64,000 nucleotides of DNA, taken from positions 2,592,001 through 2,656,000 of the forward strand of contig OZ251518.1 of NCBI GenBank assembly GCA_965242965.1, given 5' to 3'. The notes below the pieces were generated by a model, which was not told where the DNA came from, made no database searches, and saw only the letters and a program-made list of their open reading frames with translations. The stretch comes from Candidatus Poribacteria bacterium (GTDB lineage Bacteria; Poribacteria; WGA-4E; WGA-3G). Positions 17,200 through 24,701 of this stretch are shown here, one piece after another (position 1 is the first letter of the stretch; each line of letters opens with the position of its first letter). The position numbers and the translations under genes are program-made.

Positions 17200-18699
17200 C
17201 TACGCTTGTTCACCCTGTGGATCCTGAACATACTGGACGATATCCGCCAACGTTAGGTTGCCGTTTCGAGCAATGTCCGGATCTGGTGTCCATCCATCCT
17301 CTTCCAAGAAGGTGTCGCAGTGCACCAGCATTGCCCCAAAGACTTCCATCAGGATAGCGGAGCCGACAGGCCCTAGCCGATTGCCGCCGCCCCGGATACC
17401 TGCCTCACGCATCAGGTAAAGAAAGAGCGGCGTGTGCTGTTCAAGCCGCCCGCGAGTCTCAACATCAAGGTTTGCTCCCGCCAGAATCTCCCCCAATCTG
17501 AGATCCTGCTCTATTTCGATAGGATAGCCTCGTGCTACCAGTGCGGCTTCAACCCGCTGCCCACTTGGCAATCCCAGGACATAGCCGCGGAGGAGGTTCC
17601 GGAAGGCCAGGGAAACATCTTGAGGCCTTGCGTCTCCGCCCGCGACAAGGGGAGGGAGCCTCACCAACTCATCAGCCAATAGATGATCAATCGCTCTGGA
17701 ATTCTCGGGATCCCTATCTTCCGCTACTTCCAAGAGAAAACTCCAATCCACGGTGAATTCCGGTGGTACTGGTTCAAATCCGAGGAGGTTGAAGCGTTCG
17801 TCAAAAATCTCTATATCCTGATTTGCCTCGTTGACCTGATACTGAGAGCGCACCATAGAATGCCCGAAGCGGTAGGCCGCGACAGAGAATTCAACCGGCA
17901 TGATAATTCGGCCAGATGCATCAGGCTGCAGTAAGAAGAACGCAGCGTCCCTGGCCAAAATCTTTCTTAAGACGAGTCTGTAAACCCTTTCGTCACAGAT
18001 GCGCCGCAGGAAGTCGTGAAGCACGACCCACTGATAGTGGAACCTTGCCTTTCTTTGCGCTGCCGCAAACCTCTCCCTGCCGTTCCGAGCATCCACAACT
18101 GGCTCAAGGAGTTGATTATGAAAGCGTAAGAACAACAGGTGCATCTGTGAGAGGAAGATGTTTTCGTCGTTGCGCGGATCGCCGAGCAGGGCGGTGCCAT
18201 TCGCGTGGCGTGGTACATCGTGGCGGTTAATAGCATTTCCAACTACGAACCGTCCGAAGTCGTCTGGTTTATATAGTAGCGATGACACGCTGGGGCCGAA
18301 TCCATACACAGAATCCAGATCAAGGGATGCCGAACGGAAATTCGGTAACCTTTCGATTTCGCGTATAGTCATCGGCTTCCTATCCAATCCGCTTCTGGCC
18401 TCAAGCGTGATGTCGTGGTCGACGAACTGCGCGAAAAACGTGTAGGCGGCGGGAATAACACTGTCGCCGGAAGCATCCTCGGCATCGTGCATGATCCCGC
18501 CCGGTCCGCCGAGTGCTCTCGCGATGCGCTCAGCCGCATCCGGATCTGGACTCTCAAAGTCGTCGGCCCATGTCATTGGGATGTTCAGCAATCTGCCAAA
18601 ATTCCCAAGGCGGAGATGGTCACAGCCAATTGCCTTCGCTGTGCCATGCATCGGTCTTTCTTGCATCGGTCCTTCTTGCATCGGTCTTCCTTCATTCAT
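17200..18699 (-). CDS. Heme peroxidase of the peroxidase-cyclooxygenase (animal-type) superfamily
   Basis: FAQFVDHDIT, DLDSVYG, GDPRNDEN, FLRFHN, EFSVAAYRFGHSMVR, GLPSGQ motifs; start at MNEGRP with AAGGAAGG upstream. Confidence 0.9.
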   Translation of the reverse strand: MNEGRPMQEGPMQERPMHGTAKAIGCDHLRLGNFGRLLNIPMTWADDFESPDPDAAERIARALGGPGGIMHDAEDASGDSVIPAAYTFFAQFVDHDITLEARSGLDRKPMTIREIERLPNFRSASLDLDSVYGFGPSVSSLLYKPDDFGRFVVGNAINRHDVPRHANGTALLGDPRNDENIFLSQMHLLFLRFHNQLLEPVVDARNGRERFAAAQRKARFHYQWVVLHDFLRRICDERVYRLVLRKILARDAAFFLLQPDASGRIIMPVEFSVAAYRFGHSMVRSQYQVNEANQDIEIFDERFNLLGFEPVPPEFTVDWSFLLEVAEDRDPENSRAIDHLLADELVRLPPLVAGGDARPQDVSLAFRNLLRGYVLGLPSGQRVEAALVARGYPIEIEQDLRLGEILAGANLDVETRGRLEQHTPLFLYLMREAGIRGGGNRLGPVGSAILMEVFGAMLVHCDTFLEEDGWTPDPDIARNGNLTLADIVQYVQDPQGEQA

Positions 18700-18897
18700 T
18701 GTTTTCCTTCCTTTCGTCATTTGTAGGTTAAGATTCGGTAATCTTAACTCGTTCGGGCTCAGGCGAGCCCGAACTACAACGGTTAATTTCGTATCACATC
18801 CCCGAGGGCGAGCGGGTAATGCAACCCGAGCGCCCCCCGGAAATGCGATGCTCAATGCATAGGGATTTCGTAAACCCAGTGCAACTTTGCATCAAGC

Positions 18898-19239
18898 CTA
18901 TATGAGAAGCGTTTCAACACTGTTCGTTTCAGCGAAAACGCGAACGCCTTTGAGTCCCCCGGGAACCTCCTTCATGACATAGGTAGCCTCAATAGGGGTT
19001 ACCACGGGACGGGAAGTTCCTTCCGGGGGCTCGGCGTAGAAGGAAAATTCCCAGATGCCGTCGGGCGGTGGTTGCACGTAAGTGTAAGGAACGAGTTCCG
19101 GATTCGTCCATCCCGCAGATGCCACTTCGCCTTCTGCGACAATTAAGAGCATGTCAGCACCGCTATCGGTTTTGGAACGCGACAGCGAAACCGTCTTGAC
19201 AGCATGGACTCGGTTGCCTTGCTCATTTTCGTTATTCAT
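18898..19239 (-). CDS. Hypothetical beta-rich protein (113 aa) between tyrosinase and peroxidase
   Basis: AAGGAGG RBS before MNNENEQG; AEGEVASAGWTNPEL...PPPDGIWEFSF.AEPP. Confidence 0.7.
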   Translation of the reverse strand: MNNENEQGNRVHAVKTVSLSRSKTDSGADMLLIVAEGEVASAGWTNPELVPYTYVQPPPDGIWEFSFYAEPPEGTSRPVVTPIEATYVMKEVPGGLKGVRVFAETNSVETLLI

Positions 19240-19447
19240 CGTTCTTCCTCCTTTTGCGCGTGAGTGTTCCGCGGTGCCTCTCTGCGGCGGCAGTCGCGGT
19301 ATCGGATTAAAAACATCTTCCAGTATGCGGGCACCGTTTGCTGTGCGGCGGCAGCACGCTAGTATTAAGATGTATGTCGTCATCCCTATCGGTAGGCGCG
19401 CTTTGAAATCGGGCCTACCGGGTTTATGATACGGGTGTGGGTTCACC

Positions 19448-20212
19448 CTAGTCGACATATTCGTAAGCGTCATCGCCAAGGGCTCGGATATTGTCAACTG
19501 ATTTGACAGTGAACTCTTCAGGCCAGGGGTCCAACTGTGCGTCCTGGCATGCAAGGTGCGCCCTTTGGCCCGGATGTGCTTCCTGCCATTGTGCCCAGAG
19601 TCTGTCCACCTGCGCGTGGTGGAACCAAAACGCGGGATCTCGCGGCGAAGACATCGTCGTCATGTCACCACCAATCCACACGTGTCCACGGTTGTGCGGG
19701 CCGTTTTCAAGCCTTCGCGCAAATTGATAATAACTCCTCTGAGATAGGATCGCTTCGATCTGCGCCTCGTCAGTGAACCAGCGCATTTCCTCTTGTTCAG
19801 GTTGTTCATCGTGGCGGGGCCCGGGGTTCCTCTGCCATCTCGATCTCTCCGGGAACAGCCGGTTCTCCGGATCTGGGAATCCTTCCAACCGGCCGCCATC
19901 AGCGTTCCAATCCCAATAGGGAATCGCCAGCGAATCATCAATCTCGCGAAGTCTTCTCTCAAAAACGATGAGGTAGGCGCGATGCCACGGCAAGAATCTC
20001 CGATAGCCCAATGGCCCCGACATTGAACCATGCATACGATGATGGGAACGTCGAAACCCATCTGGTTCCTGAATCATCGCCGCATGGATTTGGACTAGAT
20101 TTCCGTAAGTGCCATTGGTCATTAACGTTGAGATAGCCCTGTTCAAGGCACCCCAATCTTCATCTGTCAATGCCAGCGTGCTTTGACGCTGAATTGGCAT
20201 TGGCATTAGCAT
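19448..20212 (-). CDS. Tyrosinase (type-3 dicopper protein)
   Basis: CuA ...IH...MH...FLPWHRAYL; CuB ENGPHNRGHVWIGG and DPAFWFHHAQVDRLW; AAGGAG RBS. Confidence 0.92.
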   Translation of the reverse strand: MLMPMPIQRQSTLALTDEDWGALNRAISTLMTNGTYGNLVQIHAAMIQEPDGFRRSHHRMHGSMSGPLGYRRFLPWHRAYLIVFERRLREIDDSLAIPYWDWNADGGRLEGFPDPENRLFPERSRWQRNPGPRHDEQPEQEEMRWFTDEAQIEAILSQRSYYQFARRLENGPHNRGHVWIGGDMTTMSSPRDPAFWFHHAQVDRLWAQWQEAHPGQRAHLACQDAQLDPWPEEFTVKSVDNIRALGDDAYEYVD

Positions 20213-20590
20213 TTTTAAACTCCTTGCGTTGTCCCATTACCGTGCCTGCAGCACCGGTAATGGGGTGCAATTTCCGCGTCACCTTTTCTGAGATGCATGA
20301 CGCGGAAGTAGGTTAAAAGCATCGTTGTCACTGTAACAGTGAAACTCGTTACGTCTATTGATAGCCCAAGTGTCCGTACTGCCAAAAAGGTGCAGCACCA
20401 GCCATCCGCGACGCAAAAGCGACGCGCAGCAGCAAAATGGAACAAACAGGGGAAATAACAACAGATAGGAAAACATGCACCGGGGATGGAGCCTCGATGC
20501 AACGAAAATAACCCGCCACGCAAAGAATGCGTGCGGGATTGAAGACAACAAGACGACGAAAGTCGCCGCTGTCAAGCGAATAAACTTTGC

Positions 20591-20770
20591 TTAACGCCTG
20601 TGGGTGTCGGGGGGGGTCGAGCCTCCCCTTTGGGCATTAAGCCGAACGGGAACGTGTCGTGACGGCGCGACAAACGGGCCAGACGCGCACCGGATGTGCG
20701 GCATCTCGCGGGGCCCGGGCAGGTCTACGGTGACCTCGTTAGCAATGGAAAAAACAATTCGCTGGTTCAC
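20591..20770 (-). CDS. Possible 59-aa leader ORF (MNQRIVFSIANEVTVDLPG...)
   Basis: GTG start with GAGG upstream, downstream of the promoters; below the ORF-track length cutoff. Confidence 0.3.
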   Translation of the reverse strand: MNQRIVFSIANEVTVDLPGPREMPHIRCASGPFVAPSRHVPVRLNAQRGGSTPPDTHRR

Positions 20771-20843
20771 GGTATCGTTCCTCGTTCAGTTTCAGTTTCG
20801 CGGTGGCGCGTTTTTTTTCGCGCGTTCCGCCACGTTTGCATTG

Positions 20844-21050
20844 ATGATACACGAAAATGCAATAAATGTCAAACATTTTTTTTGCGAAAAATCGTGGAAA
20901 TGTTGACAATTAACCACATTCTATAGGAATTTCGGTTTTTTTGTCAACGTTTTTCTGCGAAAAATCGTGAAAACCGTCAAATTCACGCGAAAAATCGCCA
21001 AAAATGTTTAAAACTGATTGTATTTTAGCAAATTCCGCATTCTTTGTCAA
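20844..21050 (-). promoter_or_regulatory. Three tandem sigma70-like promoters facing the tyrosinase cluster
   Basis: TTGACA-N17-TATCAT (20844-20872), TTGACA-N18-TAGAAT (20918-20947), TTGACA-N17-TAAAAT (21022-21050). Confidence 0.6.
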
Positions 21051-21077
21051 GATTATTTCGCGAAAAAAACGCTGCTG

Positions 21078-21591
21078 CTACCGTAGCGCGGGGGCCTGTC
21101 CCCCGCGAACGTTCGTTCCAAACGAAAAACGTCGCTTGGAACGTAGCGCGGGGGCCTGTCCCCCGCGATCTACCGAACGAAACGAAAACCGTCTGCAGCC
21201 CAGAGGCCATGAACGGTTTCTGTTAAGACCGAGGCACGGCGAGGGACAGGCCCTCGCCCTACGGTGATAGGGGCAATCAAGGCATGGCGAGGGACAGGCC
21301 CTCGCCCTACGGGTCGAGGGCACGGTTTGGATAGCCACGAAATAAAACGCATATTAAGGTCCTACAGACCTTGGCCATCTTTCGCGTCGCATTGCTCTAT
21401 AGACATTCAGGTCTTACAGACCTAAAGAGACTTTCGGCGCGATAAAAACCTCTAATCTTGCTAATCTTGAAAATCTTGAAAATCCTGCTCATATTCGGCG
21501 AGGAACAGGCACGCGCACTACGGAAACCCCGAACGCATCGAGACCAGGAGGTCTCTCCTACAGGGAAGCCATCGCGATATGAAACACCCTC
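21078..21591. repeat. Mosaic repeat block ending in an inverted MITE-like end
   Basis: REP doublets, inverted CAGGATT/TCTATAG module, ATATGAAACACCCTC at 21577-21591. Confidence 0.85.
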
Positions 21592-21604
21592 GTTACTTTT
21601 TTTC

Positions 21605-21633
21605 TTGACATCACAGCGAAAATAGGGTATCAT
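21605..21633 (+). promoter_or_regulatory. Promoter of the yceI-like operon
   Basis: TTGACA-N17-TATCAT. Confidence 0.65.
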
Positions 21634-21707
21634 GTTTTTAATTACTAGGACAGACGCAAATGCCATCATTTCCTTTTGTCCTAACCATGCTAAAAAGGAG
21701 ACCTAAC

Positions 21708-22283
21708 ATGAAAATCAAATTGGTGTGTCTACTCATGCTCATCGGCATGGCAGGCATCTTACAACTGGCGGATGCAGCAGATACTTATGAAGTTGATGCC
21801 GAGCATTCAATGATTATCTTCCGTGCCAAACACATGGGTGTGAGCAACAACTACGGAAGATTCAACGAATTTTCCGGAACACTCACCGTCGATGAGGCAG
21901 ACGTGGCGAATAGCACGATAGAACTCGAAGTCAAGGCTGAGAGTGTGGATACCGCCAACGAAAAACGGGACCAGCACCTCAGAAGCCCCGATTTCTTCAA
22001 TGCGAAGCAATTCCCCGTGATTACCTTCAAAAGCACGAAAGTCGAGAAGGTAGACGAGGATACCCTGAAGGTAACGGGCGACTTTGAGCTGCACGGCGTG
22101 AAGAAATCCTTGACGGTTGAAGTGGAACTGACCGGAAAGGGCAAAAACCGACAGGGAACGGCTCTCATCGGTTTTGAAACCATCTTCACCATCAAGCGAA
22201 GCGAATTCGGCATGAACTACGGCATCGGTGCCGTCAGTGACGACGTTCGCATTACCGTGAGTGTTGAGGGAGTGAAAAAATAA
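21708..22283 (+). CDS. YceI family polyisoprenoid-binding protein
   Basis: Signal peptide; DAEHS, GRFNEFSG, RDQHLRSPDFF, IKRSEFGM motifs; AAGGAG RBS. Confidence 0.92.
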   Translation: MKIKLVCLLMLIGMAGILQLADAADTYEVDAEHSMIIFRAKHMGVSNNYGRFNEFSGTLTVDEADVANSTIELEVKAESVDTANEKRDQHLRSPDFFNAKQFPVITFKSTKVEKVDEDTLKVTGDFELHGVKKSLTVEVELTGKGKNRQGTALIGFETIFTIKRSEFGMNYGIGAVSDDVRITVSVEGVKK

Positions 22284-22370
22284 CACTGACGCATGAAACC
22301 CGATGGGCGCGGCTCACATCGCGCCTACCGGGGGTTTTCAACCTTTTCTTGCGTTGGAGGACAGCGGGCC

Positions 22371-23228
22371 ATGCTATCTCTCAAGGCTATCTTCTTCGGG
22401 CTGATTTTGCCTGCCATCATCTGTATTAGCAATGTCGCGGCGGCGTTCTTAATGCCGCAATCTGTAGGCACAAAGTCCCGAGCGCGTCTCACAGCATTCG
22501 CTTTAGTGAGTGGATACATCATCGGGTATCTTGGCATAGAAGGCAGCCTGCCGCTCTCACCGCGGGAAGGAATTCATTGGCTTTTCTACCTTGCCATCGC
22601 CGCGTTCGTCATTGAAGGCGTTCTGTTTCTGCCGACCCGGGTCCGCTTGTTCGTGCATCTCGCGCTTGCTGTCGTTATCCCGCGGCTCATCCTCAACGCA
22701 AAGTTTAAATACGCGTGGGGCAATCTTGAAGAACTGATTTGGTGGGCATGCCTCGCCTTAGCGATTTTCTTTTTCTTCACATCGGTTGATAAAGGCATAC
22801 ATCTCTTACCAACAGGTGCCGCGCAACCGTTTGTGTTCCTCGGCATAGCCGGTGGGAGCGCGCTCATCCTTGCGCTATCGGGAAGCATGCGACTGGCGCA
22901 ACACGCCGGGGTTTTAGTCGCAATGTTCGCCGCCATTTGGATAGCGATGCTTCTCTTACCGAGATTTTTTCGCACCGATGCCGCCTTTCCCGATTTTTTT
23001 ATCTCAGGAGCCGCATACTTACTCGTGGGGTTGTGGTTAAACGGCTATTTCTATGCGGAAGTCCCGGCGGCGAGCGCGGTTTTGTTAGCCGTTTCACCCG
23101 CGATGGCGTGGGTAGGCAAGGGAAAATCCGCACCGATTCAGATAGCATGCATCGCACTGCCTGTCATCGTCGCGATGGGCATTGCGGTTGCATTATCAGG
23201 ACTTTTTGGTAGTAACAACGGATATTGA
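22371..23228 (+). CDS. Hypothetical multi-pass membrane protein (paralog A)
   Basis: About 9 TMs; shares ILALSG..R.AQH.GVLVA and W.NG.FY..VP with the next gene. Confidence 0.75.
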   Translation: MLSLKAIFFGLILPAIICISNVAAAFLMPQSVGTKSRARLTAFALVSGYIIGYLGIEGSLPLSPREGIHWLFYLAIAAFVIEGVLFLPTRVRLFVHLALAVVIPRLILNAKFKYAWGNLEELIWWACLALAIFFFFTSVDKGIHLLPTGAAQPFVFLGIAGGSALILALSGSMRLAQHAGVLVAMFAAIWIAMLLLPRFFRTDAAFPDFFISGAAYLLVGLWLNGYFYAEVPAASAVLLAVSPAMAWVGKGKSAPIQIACIALPVIVAMGIAVALSGLFGSNNGY

Positions 23229-23289
23229 GCCAGCGGCATTCCGTAGCACTCTGGATTTTGGATAGAAATAAGAAAAACATTAATAAAAA

Positions 23290-24171
23290 ATGACGTTTAT
23301 TAAACCGATGCTTTTCGGCGTGATTTTGCCTGCAGCAATAGGCGGTGGCGTTTTTGCGTTAATCGGGTACTGGTCTGTCACTCTGCCGCGCGAGCCTTGG
23401 GAAATCCTACCGTTTTCACTCTCCATAGGCTACATGGTGGGCAATTTAGGGTTAGAAGGTTTGCCTACTCTCCGACCGGATGACAGGATAGAGTGGCTGT
23501 TTTTTATCACCTCAATTTCGCTGATTGCGCGGCATGTCTGGGAAGAAAAGACACGGGTGCGTTTGGCAACACAAATCGTGGTATCCTTCGCGCTACCGTG
23601 CCTCATCCTCGGCGAACTTTTTCGGGAGGAATGGCGCATCGGAGAAGGGATCGCGTGGCTCGCCGGCATGGGCATCGCGATTTTCATTTTATGGAGAGCG
23701 ATGGAGTTAAGTTTGACGCTCCTGCCGAGAGGAAGTGCAATCCCAATGGTATACATCGGCATCTGTGGTGCGACTACGTTCATCTTGGCACTTTCGGGTG
23801 GCACGCGGGTTGCGCAGCATTGCGGCGTGCTCGTTGCGATTTTCTGTGCCATCTGGTTCGTCTCGCGCCTCATGCTGTATTGGTGGAGTAAAGAGACAGA
23901 ACGCGCGGCAGAGAACCCAACTCGGATGCACCTGCAGTTTCCCATTGTCGCCGCGGCACCTTTAGCAACGCTGCTCGCGGCATTTTGGATGAACGGCTGT
24001 TTTTATGAAGGCGTGCCGCCTACCAGTTTCATCTTGCTGGCAGTTGCGCCGTTACTCGCGCTCATCGGAAAACTCAACGTAATCCAGCAACTGAGTGAAC
24101 GGACAATAGGCAAGATCCAAGTCGCGTGCATCGCCGCGCCGATAATTGTTGCCGTATACATTTCTATCTGA
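23290..24171 (+). CDS. Hypothetical multi-pass membrane protein (paralog B)
   Basis: Tandem paralog of 22371-23228. Confidence 0.75.
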   Translation: MTFIKPMLFGVILPAAIGGGVFALIGYWSVTLPREPWEILPFSLSIGYMVGNLGLEGLPTLRPDDRIEWLFFITSISLIARHVWEEKTRVRLATQIVVSFALPCLILGELFREEWRIGEGIAWLAGMGIAIFILWRAMELSLTLLPRGSAIPMVYIGICGATTFILALSGGTRVAQHCGVLVAIFCAIWFVSRLMLYWWSKETERAAENPTRMHLQFPIVAAAPLATLLAAFWMNGCFYEGVPPTSFILLAVAPLLALIGKLNVIQQLSERTIGKIQVACIAAPIIVAVYISI

Positions 24172-24214
24172 AGGAAAATCTTAAAATCATTTCTTTCACA
24201 TTAACGGCACCAGA

Positions 24215-24394
24215 ACCGTAGGTTGAGGGCCTGTCCCTCAACACTTTTCAATGAACGACATCAGCACCGTAGGTTGAGGGCCTGTCCCTCAACACGCCTC
24301 ATACAAAACGAAACCGTAGGTTGAGGGCCTGTCCCTCAACACGCCGCAAATGAGCCCATACGAAACCGTAGGTTGAGGGCCTGTCCCTCAACAC
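24215..24394 (+). repeat. CRISPR-like tandem array of four identical 30-bp REPs
   Basis: ACCGTAGGTTGAGGGCCTGTCCCTCAACAC x4 with 21, 17 and 22 nt linkers. Confidence 0.9.
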
Positions 24395-24407
24395 TTTTCA
24401 ATGAACT

Positions 24408-24620
24408 GAGGGTGTTTCATAAATCCGTTTCGGTATTTATCCCCTTGGGGGACAGGCGAATACCGAAAGGCATCGGGCCCAACTCTGTAGTTCGGGAGCA
24501 CCCGCTCCCGAACAGTTCAGAATCAGACGATCCTGACCTACAGGGGTGATGCGTTCTGACACCAAAACGCATGGCGAGGGACAGGCCCTCGCCCTACGTG
24601 AAGGTAAGCGTTTTTTTCGG
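24408..24620. repeat. Composite MITE-like end with REP doublet
   Basis: Closely matches 3885-4100. Confidence 0.8.
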
Positions 24621-24701
24621 TTTCCACGTGCATCCGAAACAACGGGCAAGAGCGGCCGAATGCCACCGACAGCAACAATTTGATAAATAGAGGGGACTAA
24701 A

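Noticed and set aside
15649-17200. Complete DGR cassette around the FGE-domain gene
   Set aside because: No reverse transcriptase, Avd or adenine-variant template repeat seen in the window
20215-20575. ORFs 20215-20523 and 20279-20575 as proteins
   Set aside because: Cys/Phe-rich, atypical composition and no RBS; better explained as non-coding leader
24215-24394. Bona fide CRISPR array (also 6586-6810 and 56811-57033)
   Set aside because: Linkers are only about 17-23 nt and related to each other, the repeat is a variant of the dispersed GTAG-REP family, and no cas genes are visible
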